Positions 38,329 through 50,779 of a stretch of DNA of 64,000 bases are shown piece by piece; the first letter of the stretch is position 1; every line of letters starts with the position of its first letter. The notes beneath the pieces were generated by a model. The model worked only from the letters and a program-made list of their open reading frames with translations. It was not told where the DNA came from and did no database searches. The stretch is taken from positions 8,897,201 to 8,961,200 of the forward strand of contig NC_083435.1 of assembly GCF_020745735.1 (NCBI RefSeq), given 5' to 3'. The translations under genes were made by a program, and so were the position numbers. Origin of the DNA: Hemiscyllium ocellatum (Eukaryota).

Positions 38329-39229
38329 TTTTCTTTAATTGTAGAGACCTGGTCGTTACTTTTTGTCAACTTAGATATAAAGGACAGGTAAATTAAGGAA
38401 CTTTGTGTACTTTAAAAACTTTTAATTTTTATGATGACTTCAGGAATAACAGGACTTGATTTTCAGTGTATCATCCCAATGAGACATAAAAACTTGCCCC
38501 ATTAACATCTCCTTTTCCCTTACACTGCTATCTATTTCATCACTGAAGCAGTTCTGCCTTCCACCCTCTCCTGAACCTTTCCCTTCACTCCTTTTGCACT
38601 TTCACCTGCTTTTCCTCCTCTCCCGCTCCTGCCCTCAGCACTTGCTCTAGACCTGATACATCTGTTTTGCCAGCTCTGACAAAGGTCATTAACCTGAACC
38701 AATAACTTGGATTCTCTCTCCAAACATTCTGCCCAGTCTATTGAGTATTTCCAGAACCTTTTGATTATCTATTGACTCAAACACTCTGTTCATCTCAAAA
38801 TAATTATCACATTCAATTGCATGTGAAGACAGAGGTACAGATTGGAAACTGGGACTGGAATATTGGAAAGTATTTACAGTATTTCCATCTCATGTGATCA
38901 GCCCCGTGATTGTTAAATTTCAACTCTGGCCCAATGACACACCTGGAACTGAAAACTCTGACATCTGAACCGAACCATAAAGTTACTGTTACTTCCATCT
39001 GTTCCATGCACATTTTGCAGGGATTCTTTTTGATAGCATGTCCCCTGGAGAAACAGTCAGATTCTGGATGTGATGTGGAGATTCTCTTTCTGTTTTTCAC
39101 TGGGTAATGGGGGAAGGAAGAGAAATCGAGTGGGAGGATCCCATTGTGCTGAGGCTGTTATCTCAGGCAGAGTGACCAATCAGCAAACTCATTCTCCAAT
39201 GAAGAATAAAAACATAGGAACATGGGAAT

Positions 39230-40030
39230 TTGCGAACCTAGGAATTAGGAGAGGGAGTAGGCAATGCAGCTCTTTGGGCCCACACCACCATTGAACATGA
39301 TTATGGCTGATCTTACCCTGGTCTCAACTCCACTTTTCTGCCTGTTCCCCATAGCCCTTTATCTCACTTTTCATCAGAAACGTATCTATTTCTTTCTTGA
39401 TTCGATTGATTGATTCTGCCTCCACTGCACTCTGGGACAGTGAGTTCCACAGATTCACAACTCTCTGAGAGGAGTAGTTTCTCCTCATCTCAGTTTTGTG
39501 AGTAACTTCTCTCACGGACTCCCACAAGGGGGATCATCTGATCAACATCCACTTTATTAATACCTTTCAGCATTTTATGTTCCTCCATCAGATTCTCCCT
39601 TCATTCATCTGAATTCCATTGAATACAAGCCCAAGATATTCAACTGCTCCTCATTCGACAGTCCTTTCATCCCAGGAATCAACTTGGAGAACGATGTCTG
39701 AACTGCCCCCAGTGCCACCACATCCACCACATCAAGTAAGGAGACCAAACCCCTGGACACAATATACCAGGTGTGGTCTCACCAATGCCTTACATAATTA
39801 TAACAACACTACTTTACTTTAATAATCCAGTCCTTTTGCAATAAATGCCAGGATTCCATTGGTCTTTCTTAGTGTGTAGGTGTAGCATACCTACATACCC
39901 TTGTGACTCATGCACAAAGATGCCCAGATCCCTCTGCACTGACAAACTTTCAATCTGTTTCCCATTTAAATAATAATTTGCCATTTTGTTGTTCCAGCCA
40001 AAATTGCATTTATCCAATTAAACTCCATCT
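39230..40030 (-). mobile_element. CR1 3' fragment
   Basis: SQRVVNLWNSL...KKEIDTFL; QRDLGIFVHES. Confidence 0.8.
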
Positions 40031-40488
40031 ACCAGGTTCAGGCCCATAAGTGAGGCTTAAAAGAACAAAGCAGACATGCAAATCAAATAAAAGACTACAA
40101 TGTATTGTTATTGATAGTATAATAATGAAATTAACCTCTAGTGTTCATTAATCCAAACATAATAATGTTTCACTCTGTCCTTTGCTCCCTCATGTGAAGC
40201 ATATTTTTGAAGAACAGGCAGAGATCAATTACATTATTATTGCTAAAGCCTTAATTAAGGAAGGACTGTATCCAACTAGCTGCATCAGAAATAGACACCT
40301 AATCCACTGGATATTCAAGAGTTAACAGTTAAACAGTTTCTCCACTGGAGAAAGAAAAATGAAGAAATGTGGACTGTTCTACGTTATGCGATTCCAATAT
40401 TTGTATCTTATGCATAAATTGTAAAAAGTCAGGATCCGAGCCACTGAACCACACAATCCAGAAGGTGAAGGATCAACATCTAACTCAC

Positions 40489-40509
40489 TGCACACCCTGT
40501 TGTAGTGAC
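40489..40509 (-). CDS. Candidate 21-bp heptad micro-exon of gene B (GHYNRVC)
   Basis: cccactgcag|GTCACTACAACAGGGTGTGCA|gtgagt. Consensus donor, BTN-typical 21-bp size and open in phase 1, but a weak pyrimidine tract. Confidence 0.35.
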
Positions 40510-40747
40510 CTGCAGTGGGATGTTGTTTAAACATAACGGGGTGAGAGGTTCACAGGAATGTGAAATAGTCAAGGTCACTGGTATAGACTCATCAGGAGAA
40601 ACAAGCAGGATTGTAGAACATTGGGCTGAATATTCTTTTTTGATTATCAGTCAATTGTATCAAGTTTCACTGATGTGACATCCAGCAGCTTTTCTCCCAT
40701 ATCTTACCGAACTCATCTCATTAATTATAGACTCTGTCACTGCAAGA

Positions 40748-40888
40748 GCTGAAAATGTGTTGCTGGAAAAGCGCAGCAGGTCAGGTAGCATCCAAGGAAC
40801 AGGAAATTCGACGTTTCGAGCATAAGCCCTTCATCAGGAGGGCACATTTTCAGCACTGATCTCCAGCATCTGCAGACCTCACTTTCTC
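40748..40888. mobile_element. Fold-back Penelope pLTR mini-insertion with about 16-bp TSD
   Basis: TSD ctctgtcact(g/a)caaga at 40732-40747 and 40889-40904; inverted gctgaaaatgtg / cacattttcagc. Confidence 0.85.
40808..40839 (-). ncRNA. Minimal hammerhead ribozyme motif, core intact
   Basis: The minus strand reads tc-CTGATGA-a-gggc(ttat)gctc-GAAAC-GTC-ga. Confidence 0.65.
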
Positions 40889-40899
40889 CTCTGTCACTA

Positions 40900-41682
40900 C
40901 AAGACTCATGTTCAGTTCTAGCTTCATCCTACCACACACCACAAACCTGCACCTACACCCCACCCCCCTCTCAACCGTCCAAAGCCCCAACGGATCCTTC
41001 CACATCCAACAGAGATTTTCCTGCACATTCAAACATCTCATCTACTGTGTCTGTTGCTCTTGATGTGATCTCCTCTACACTGGGGAGACAGGACGTCAAC
41101 TTGCGGAAAGTTTCAGGGAACATCTTTGGGACACGTGCACCAAACAACCCCATCAGCCTATGGCTGACCACTTCAACTCCCCCGCCCTCTCTGCCAAGAC
41201 ATGCAACTCCTGGGCCTACTCCATAGCCAAATCCAAGCCACCAGATGCCTGGAGGAATACATCTCATCTTCTGTCTTGGGACCCTCCAACCACATGGCAT
41301 CACATCAATTTCACCAGTTTCCTCATCCCTGCTACCCACTCTCTCATCCCAGAACCAACGCTTCAACTCTGCACCGCTCTCTTGAACTATCCTACCTGTC
41401 CATCTTCCTTCCCATCTATCCGGTCCACCTTCCCCTCCGACCTATCAGCATCATTCCCTCCTTCCATCCACCTATCACACTCTTAGCTACCTTTCCCCCA
41501 GCCCCACCCCCACCCTCCTATTTATCTCTCAGCCCCCTTTCCTGTCACCACATTCCTGATGAAGGGCTCATGCCTGAAATGTCGATCCTCCTGCTCCTCG
41601 GATGCTGCCTGACTTGCTGTGCTTTTCCAGCGCCATACGTTTCGACTCTGATATCCAGCATCTGCAGTCCTCACTTTCTCCT
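40900..41682 (+). mobile_element. Penelope-like 3' part (GIY-YIG plus pLTR)
   Basis: LIYCVCCS.CDLLYTGETGRQLAESFREHL-like region. The pLTR carries the hammerhead core ctgatga-agggctcatgcct-gaaatgtc at 41553-41587. Confidence 0.8.
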
Positions 41683-42389
41683 GCAGCGAGGTGTCAGGGA
41701 TTGATGTTGGTAATGGTCAGTGAGGTAAAATGTTCCAGGCAATAGTGAAAGTGGTAAGACAGCAATTGAACATCCCAGAGACACAGATTGGTCCAGTTCA
41801 TGAGCTGAGTGTGTATCTCTGAGTGCACAGTCTCCTAGCAGCAGCATTACAGTGATAGCTGCCATTGTACCCAAAGGTGCAGAGGCAAGTGGTTTGGAAA
41901 TGTGCCATGAAGGGTTTTAGAGGCTGGCATATGTTGGATGCCAATGTCTGTGGTCATGGGTCACGAGTGTGGTGCCAATAGATTGTGCCCTGAGGTGTTG
42001 GCCTCTGATGTCCAACACAGAGAACCCTTTGGAGTGAGCAGTGAGCTGAAGTCACCAGGTACACGTTCTCATCTCCATGTTGAGAATTCTCAGTATCCAA
42101 TTTGTCTGGCAGGTTGGGTGAGATAGAGAGCTGCATCTTAGTGAGGTGAGGTGTGCAGTTAATAAGGTCGTCATTAACAATAATCCTCTTTATCAGACTA
42201 CATGCTGCTGCCTCGTGAGACTCTCACCTCAATGTCAGGCAGCGACATTGAAATGGGTCTCAATGGACTTTCTCACCATAGACCACTTCATTCTGACCCA
42301 CATACTATTATAAAATTCCACCCTCTGTGATCAAATTCCTGGATCCCCAATGCAGTGAAACGGGAATTTTTAAATCAGAATCCTGAAAT

Positions 42390-42699
42390 TCAAAGTTTGT
42401 GAGAAGATTTGTAGCTCAGGTGCTCGTTGTTTTGGTTCTGTTCGCCGAGCTGGGAATTTGTGTTGCAGACGTTTCGTCCCCTGTTTAGGTGACATACTCA
42501 GTGCTTGGGAGCCTCCTGTGAAGCACTTCTGTGATCTTTCCGCTGGCATTTATAGTGGTTTGAATCTGCTGCTTCTGCTACCACTACAAATGGCGGAGGA
42601 AAGATCACAGAAGTGCTTCACAGGAGGCTCCCAAACACCTAGACAGGGGATGAAATGTCTGCAACACCAATTCCCAGCTTGGCGAACAGAACCACAACA
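42390..42699. mobile_element. Palindromic (fold-back) Penelope pLTR-only insertion with 13-bp TSD
   Basis: TSD agaatcctgaaat at 42377-42389 and 42700-42712. Arms at about 42426-42555 and 42580-42698 are reverse complements. Confidence 0.9.
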
Positions 42700-43116
42700 A
42701 GAATCCTGAAATGGTTCTGAAATAGCTTACCTTCCAAAGTGCAGAACCACTCCAGTTCTGAAAGACAGGAACACAGGAATGTGTTAGTGAGAGAGATCCT
42801 GCAGCTACTGCCACACTCTATAACAGCAACATCAGAGACACAAACAGAACACAGATCAGACTTGACCAGCAGAACCATCAGCTGGGATCAGAACAACATT
42901 TTAAAATTCTAAATCTCAACTTGACAATCTTGATAGAGTTTATAATTGACGTTTCTTTCTCCTCATATTCTTGTGATAATATTTTTGATGGATTTCAACA
43001 AAACTGGTCAGCTGAACAATAGCCAGAGAAACATGGCAAATGGTTCATGCCACCAGCAACAACAGCTCAAAACATTTTCCAATGGGAATGGATAGGCCAA
43101 TGTCCATCTTTGTTAC

Positions 43117-43814
43117 TGATATGACGATGTGGATGTACTGTACCTTTAAAAGAGTGATAAGCTAGCAGAAATACCTGGCAGCATCAAGTGTTCTGAACAA
43201 GATATAATGTAACATTTGGTCGAACAACTTGATTAGGTGGTTGCTTGGAAATGACAAAATAAATTCGAATTATGCCAAGCAGTTTCAATTATACTTCCAA
43301 AAATACCAAACTCCAATCAAATTTGAGTTTTGTATATTGATAATCTTAAAGGTCAATGACACAATCCGATGTGTTGGGGGTATAAGACCATGGAAAATTG
43401 AATAGTTGGGAGGAGAACTGCCAAGCCACCAGCACTTGCAGACAGTCCAGAGAATAACTCTCTTAAAGGTACCTTTATCAATCAGTAACCTGTGAAACAA
43501 AAATCCCTAAGAAGAAGAAAAGACAGAGGAAGACATAACGAGAAGATTCAACATCTGGCTGCATTTTGGTAAATCTTATTTGGAGGTTTTATCAGACTTG
43601 TATTATACAAGGGAAGGTAAAAGATAGGTTAGAAAAAACAGTTGTAAATAGTTGTTAGTTAATTATTCTCTGTTATACTTTAAGAAATAAAGTAGTTTTT
43701 TTTACTTTAAATAGTTCTTGGCCTCCCGAATTTTCACAGATTACTGCACGGGGTAAATCGTTTCTGTGTTGCTGGTTGTAAGTTAAGCAGGAAGGTTTAC
43801 CCCGTGTCATAACA
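43117..43814 (+). mobile_element. Solo LTR (698 bp), TG...CA, 5-bp TSD
   Basis: Termini TGATATGAC...GTCATAACA (8/9 inverted match). TSD GTTAC at 43112-43116 and 43815-43819. Internal tataag at about 43380 and aataaa at about 43686. Confidence 0.85.
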
Positions 43815-44419
43815 GTTACGAAGAAGGAAGCCCACTCCCAGCATTTGTTCTGCCAGTCCTCCTAGGGTTGAGCACATGAGGCTTTATTCACTCATTCACA
43901 GGATGAGGGCATCACTGGTCAGGCAGCATTGATTGCCCATTCCTAATTGCCCAGAGGGCAGTTACAAGTCAACCTCATTGTTGTGGGACTGGAGGCACAT
44001 GTAGGCCAGACCAGGTAAGGACAGCAGTTTCTTTCCCTAAAAGACATTAGTGAACCAGATGGGTTTTTCCAACAATTGACAATGGATTCATGGTCATCGT
44101 CAGACTCTTAATTCCAGATACTTTTATTGAATTCAAACTCCACCATCTGCCGTGGCATGATTCAAACCAGGATCTCCAGACATTTTCTAGGTCTACAGTT
44201 CAGTGATAACACAACAAGAACATCACCTCCCCATAAAATGCATGCACTTTATTTGTGGGTAGCTGCTTTAATTCTGTCTGCCTGTGATTCTCCTCTTCTC
44301 TCATTGAAACGTCAACATCAAAGTTCCAGCCATGATCGAGACTAATGCCTCAAATATTGATTTAGCAAACTTCTCTACTTTTATATTCCAATCTCCTGAA
44401 ATAAAGGCCAACATCCCAT

Positions 44420-47400
44420 TTGCCTTCCCTTTTATTGGCTGAACCTGGATGCAAGCTTTGTGTGACTTATAGTCATAGAGACATTCAGCACCATCCACTG
44501 CATGAAAAACTTGCCCCTCAGGTACTTTTTAAATCTTTCCTCTCCTACCTTAAACCTAAACCCTCTGATTTTGAACTCCCCACCCTAGGGAAAAAAACCT
44601 TGTCTATTTACCCTATTTATGCCCGTCATGATTTTCTAACCTCTATAAGGTCACCCCTCAACCTCCAACACACCAGAAAAATGGCCCAGCCTATTCAGAC
44701 TCTCCCTATAAAACATCAAACCCCGGGTCCAGGCAATGGCCTTGTAAACTATTTCTGCATCCTTTCAAGTTTAACAACATCCTTCTGATAGAGGAGGGAC
44801 TAGAATTGTAGCAGCATTCCTAAAGTGGCCTCACCAATGTCCTATACAACTGCAACATGACATTCCAACTCCTATAATCAATATTATGACCAACTTATTT
44901 ACCTCCGACTCCCCATTCAAGGAACTATGCACCTGCAATCCAAGGTCTCTTTGTTCAGCATCACTCCCCCACACCCTACCAATCACTGTACAGCCCTGCC
45001 CTAGTTTGTTCAGCATCACTCCCTCATGCCCTACCATTCACTGTACAGCCCTGCCCTAGTTTGTTCAGCAACACTCCCCCACGCCCTACCATTCACTGTA
45101 CAGCCCTGCCCTAGTTTGTACAGCATCACTCCCCCACGCCCTACCATTCACTGTACAGCCCTGCCCTAGTTTGTTCAGTATCACTCCCCGATGCCCTACC
45201 ATCCACTGTACAGCCATACCCTAGTTTGTTCAGCATCACTCTCCCACGCCCTACCATTCACTGTACAGCCCTGTCCTAGTTTGTTCAGCAACGCTCCCTC
45301 ATGTCCTACCATTCACTGTACATCCCTGTCCTAGTTTGTTCAGCCACACTCCCCCTCGCCCTACCATTCACTGTACAGCCCTGTCCTAGTTTGTTCAGCA
45401 TCACTCCCCCACGCCCTACCATTCACTGTACAGCCCTGTCCTAGTTTGTTCAGCATCACTCTCCCACGCCCTACCATTCACTGTATAGCCCTGCCCTAGT
45501 TTGTTCAGTAACACTCCCCCACGCCCGACTATTCACTGTACAGCCCTGCCCTAGTTTGTTCAGCATCACTCCCCGATGCCCTACCATTCACTGTACATCC
45601 CTGTCCTAGTTTGTTCAGCCACACTCCCCCACGCCCTACCATTCACTGTACAGCCCTGCCCTAGTTTGTTCAGCATCACTCCCCCACGCCCTACCATTCA
45701 CTGTACAGCCCTGCCCTAGTTTGTTCAGCATCACTCCCCGATGCCCTACCATTCACTGTACAGCCCTGCCCTAGTTTGTTCAGCCACACTCCCCACGCCC
45801 TACCATTCACTGTACAGCCCTGTCCTAGTTTGTTCAGCAACGCTCCCTCATGTCCTACCATTCACTGTACATCCCTGTCCTAGTTTGTTCAGCCACACTC
45901 CCCCTCGCCCTACCATTCACTGTACAACCCTGTCCTAGTTTGTTCAGCATCACTCCCCCACGCCCTACCATTCACTGTACAGCCCTGTCCTAGTTTGTTC
46001 AGCATCACTCTCCCACGCCCTACCATTCACTGTATAGCCCTGCCCTAGTTTGTTCAGTAACACTCCCCCACGCCCTACTATTCACTGTACAGCCCTGCCC
46101 TAGTTTGTTCAGCATCACTCCCCGATGCCCTACCATTCACTGTACAGCCATACCCTAGTTTGTTCAGCATCACTCCCCCACGCCCTACCATTCACTGTAC
46201 AGCCCTGCCCTAGTTTGTTCAGCATCACTCCCCCATGCCCTACCATTCACTGTATAGCCCTGCCCTAGTTTGTTCAGCATCACTCCCCGATGCCCTACCA
46301 TTCACTGTACAGCCCTGCCCTAGTTTGTTCAGCCACACTCCCCCAAGCCCTACCATTCACAGTACAGCCCTGTCCTAGTTTGTTCAGCAACGCTCCCTCA
46401 TGCCCTACCATTCACTGTACATCCCTGTCCTAGTTTGTTCAGCCACACTCCCCCACGCCCTACCATTCACTGTACAGCCCTGTCCTAGTTTGTTCAGCAT
46501 CACTCCCTCATGCCCTACCATTCACTGTACAGCCCTGTCCGAGTTTGTTCAGCATCACTCCCCCATGCCCTGCCATTCACTGTATAGCCCTGCCCTAGTT
46601 TGTTCAGTAACACTCCCCCACGCCCTACCATTCACTGTACAGCCCTGCCCTAGTTTGTTCAGCATCACTCCCCAACGCTCTACCATTCACTGTACAGCCA
46701 TACCCTAGTTTGTTCAGCATCACTCCCCCACGCCCTACCATTCACTGTACAGCCCTGCCCTAGTTTGTTCAGCATCACTCCCCGATGCCCTACCATTCAC
46801 TGTACAGCCCTGCCCTAGTTTGTTCAGCATCACTCCCCCAAGCCCTACCATTCACTGTACAGCCCTGCCCTAGTTTGTTCAGCATCACTCCCCGATGCCC
46901 TACCATTCACTGTACAGCCCTGCCCTAGTTTGTTCAGCCACACTCCCCCAAGCCCTACCATTCACTGTACAGCCCTGTCCTAGTTTGTTCAGCAACGCTC
47001 CCTCATGCTCTACCATTCACTGTACAGCCCTGTCCTAGTTTGTTCAGCCACACTCCCCCACGCCCTACCATTCACTGTACAGCCCTGTCCTAGTTTGTTC
47101 AGCATCACTCCCCCACGCCCTACCATTCACTGTACAGCCCTGCCCTATTTTGTACAGCATCACTCCCCCATGCCCTACCATTCACTGTACAGCCCTGCCC
47201 TAGTTTGTTCAGCCACACTCCCCCTCACCCTACCATTCACTGTACAGCCCTGTCCTAGTTTGTTCAGCATCACTCCCCCACGCCCTACCATTCACTGTAC
47301 AGCCCTGCCCTATTTTGTACAGCATCACTCCCCCATGCCCTACCATTCACTGTACAGCCCTGCCCTAGTTTGTTCAGCCACACTCCCCCTCACCCTACCA

Positions 47401-48560
47401 TTCACTGTACAGCCCTGTCCTAGTTTGTTCAGCATCACTCCCCCACGCCCTACCATTCACTGTACAGCCCTGCCCTAGTTTGTTCAGCATCACTCTCCCA
47501 CGCCCTACCATTCACTGTATAGCCCTGCCCTAGTTTGTTCAGTAACACTCCCCCACGCCCTACTATTCACTGTACAGCCCTGCCCTAGTTTGTTCAGCAT
47601 CACTCCCCGATGCCCTACCATTCACTGTACAGCCATACCCTAGTTTGTTCAGCATCACTCCCCCACGCCCTACCATTCACTGTACAGCCCTGCCCTAGTT
47701 TGTTCAGCATCACTCCCCCATGCCCTACCATTCACTGTATAGCCCTGCCCTAGTTTGTTCAGCATCACTCCCCGATGCCCTACCATTCACTGTACAGCCC
47801 TGCCCTAGTTTGTTCAGCCACACTCCCCCAAGCCCTACCATTCACAGTACAGCCCTGTCCTAGTTTGTTCAGCAATGCTCCCTCATGCCCTACCATTCAC
47901 TGTACATCCCTGTCCTAGTTTGTTCAGCCACACTCCCCCACGCCCTACCATTCACTGTACAGCCCTGTCCTAGTTTGTTCAGCATCACTCCCCCACGCCC
48001 TACTATTCACTGTACAGCCCTGCCCTAGTTTGTCTTCCCAAAATGCAACATGTCCTATTCCTCCAAATTAAACTCCACCTGCCACCCTTCAGCCCATTGA
48101 TCAACGTCCTGTTGACCTCAGAGATAACCTTCTTCACTGTTCTCGTCACAATCTATTTTGGTGTCATCCGCAAACTTACTAACCACGACCTCCTCTATTC
48201 ACATCCAAATCATTTATATAAATAATGAAAAACAGTGGACCCAGCACTGATCCTTGTGGCACACCACCAGTCACAAGTCTCCAGTCTGAAAAACATCCCT
48301 CCATCACCACTCTTTATCACCTACCTTCAAGTCAGTTTTCTATCCAATGGCTAGCTCTCCCTGGATTACATGTGACCTCATCTTACTCATGAGTCTGCCA
48401 TGCAGGACCTTGTCAAACATGTTGCTGAAGTTCATATCAACAATTCTCACTGCTCTTCTTCATCACTTCTTCAAAATCTCGATCAAGTTACTGAGAGATG
48501 ATTTCCCATGTACAAAGCCACGCTGACTATCCCTAATCAGTCCTTGTCCTTCCAAGTGCA
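44420..48560 (-). mobile_element. CR1 RT/3' fragment split by an internal tandem amplification
   Basis: CR1 sequence runs to 44950 (QRDLGLQVHSSL) and resumes at 48034 (caaaatgcaacatgtcc) in register. Confidence 0.85.
44950..48033. repeat. 55-bp minisatellite, about 56 copies (3.1 kb), CR1-derived
   Basis: Unit tttgttcagcatcactcccccacgccctaccattcactgtacagccctgccctag; period 55 (ctag at 45001 and 45056). Confidence 0.97.
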
Positions 48561-48896
48561 TGTAAATCCTAGAATCAAACCGAGGTCCCTGGTGCTGTGA
48601 GGCAGTACTACTAACCACTGAGTAGCAGTGCCCTGTGGCTATCCCCCTTTCTAACAAGCATAGTATTTTGGATACTGTTAGGTTAACCCCCCAATAGGGG
48701 GTGGTGAAAGTTGCAGTTTGGTCGTGGCATCCTGGAGGCCTTCTTGAAGCAATATCTCAATAGAGTCATAGAGTCAGACACCCTTTGGTCGAACCAGTCC
48801 ATGCTGAACAGAATCCCAAACTGTACTCGTCCAACCTGCCTGCTCCTGGCCCATAATCCCTTCAAGCTTTTTCTGTTCATGTCTCTATCCAAATTG

Positions 48897-49192
48897 GGCG
48901 GCACGGTGGCACAGTGGTTAGCACTGCTGCCTCACAGCGCCTGAGACCCAGGTTCAATTCCCGACTCAGGTGACAGACTGTGTGGAGTTTGCACATTCTC
49001 CCTGTGTCTGCGTGGGTGTGCTCCGGTTTCCTCCCACAGTCCAAAGATGTGCGGGTTAGGTGAATTGGCCATGCTAAATTGCCCGTAGTGTTAGGTATGG
49101 GGTAAATGTAGGGGTATGGGTGGGTTGCGCTTCAGCGGGTTGGTGTGGACTTGTTGGGCCGAAGGGCCTGTTTCCACACTGTAAGTAATCTA
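48897..49192 (+). mobile_element. HE1-type SINE, near consensus, inserted in a CR1 3' end
   Basis: gggcggcacggtggcacagtggttagcactgctgcctcacagcgcc...ccacactgtaagtaatctaa. Confidence 0.93.
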
Positions 49193-49399
49193 AAATGTCT
49201 TTTAAATGCTGTAAATATGCCTGCATCCACCACTTCCTCAGGATACTTATTCAACACACAAACCACTGTCTGTGTAAAATATTTTCCCCATAAGTCTTTT
49301 TTTTAATCTCTCTCCTCTCAACTCAAAAATGCGCCTCCTAGTCATGACAACTACCAATAACCCTCTCATTACTTTATAAACTCTATCAGATCATGTCTC

Positions 49400-50740
49400 A
49401 ACCTAATGTACCCTATTGCAGGGAAGGGGATGGTTTTGGGGAATGAGCGCTGCCAAGTAAGCGAAATGTCAGTCATGGAGCATTTTGGGAACAGTGACCA
49501 TGATTCTAGAAGTTTTAAGTGACTTACGGATAAGAATAAGATTACTCTTTGGGTGAAAGGACAAAACTGGCAAAAAGCTGACAATGACAATATCAGGCAG
49601 GAACCAGCGAATGTAGACTGGGGACAGCTTTTTGAAGATAAATCCACATCTGTCTTGTGGGAATCTTTCGAAGTTGGTTAGAGTTCAGAACCAGCATGTT
49701 TCTGTGAAAGTGAAGGATGGCAAGACTTAGAAATCTTGGACGACAAGAGAAATTGTGAGGTTAGTCACAAAGGAAAAGGAAGCATATGTAATGCTTTGGA
49801 AATAGATCCCTCAAGGAATATAAAGAAAGCAGGAAAGTACTTAAACAAGCAGTTCGGAGAGCTAAAAGGGGTCATGGAATGACCTTGTCAAATAGGACCA
49901 AGTAAAATCCAAAGGAAATTTATATGCATACATGGAATAAAAGGTTAGCTAAGGAAGGGGTAGGTCCATTCCAGGACAAAGGAAGAAATTTATACCTGGA
50001 GCCAGAGAATGTTGGTGAGGTCTTTTATGAATACTTTGTATTAGTATTCACAAAGGGCAAGGATATAGTACTTGGTCAGCCTAGGGAGGGGTATGTTGAT
50101 ACTCTGGGACATGTCGATATGAAAAAAAAGGGTTGTTGTTTGTTTTAAAAAGCATTAAGACAGACAAATCCCTAAGAGCTGATGGGATCTATCCCAGAAT
50201 ATTGAGGGAGACGAGGGATGAAATTGCTGGGGCCTTGTCTGAAATCGCTGTATCCTCTTTAAAAACAGGAGAGGTCCCAAATGACAGGAGAATAGCCAAT
50301 GTTGTTCCCTTCTTTAGAATGGACAATAGGGATAATTTGGGAAATTACAGGCTGGTGAGCCTTATGTCAGGTGGTAGGGAAATTATTGGAGAAGACTCTT
50401 AGAGATGGGGTTTAGTCACATTTGGAAAAAAAGGACTTATTAGTGACAGGCAGCATGGCTTTGTGTGGGGGTGATTGTGTCTCACAAATGTGATTGAGTG
50501 TTTTGATGAAGTGACAAAGATGATTGATGAGGGTAAAGTGGTGGGTGTTGTCTACATGGACTTTAGCAAAGCCTTTGACAAGGAACCTTGTGGCAGGATG
50601 ATAAAGTCAGATGGATCTGCAGTGAGCTGGTAAGATGGGTTGAGAATTGGCTTAGTCATAGAAGCCAGAGATTAGTGGTGGAAGAGTCTTTTTTCTGATT
50701 GGGGATTTGTTACTGGTGGTGTTCATCAGAGATCAATACT
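49400..50740 (+). mobile_element. Decayed CR1 ORF2
   Basis: KSLRADGIYPRILRE, VPNDRRIANVVP and VVYMDFSKAFDK. Confidence 0.85.
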
Positions 50741-50779
50741 GGGACCCTTTAGTGTGTAATATATATGGAGCATTTTGGA

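Noticed and set aside
40287-40346. Strong minus-strand acceptor (tttttctttctccag) suggesting an exon
   Set aside because: An in-frame stop follows within 8 codons in phase 1, and there is no good donor at 21 or 27 bp.
45741-47478. Repetitive ORFs (PYHSLYSPALVCSATLP...)
   Set aside because: These are chance open frames in the 55-bp minisatellite; the unit length is not a multiple of 3.
44950-48033. CRISPR-like array
   Set aside because: There are no unique spacers; it is a head-to-tail tandem repeat in a vertebrate genome.
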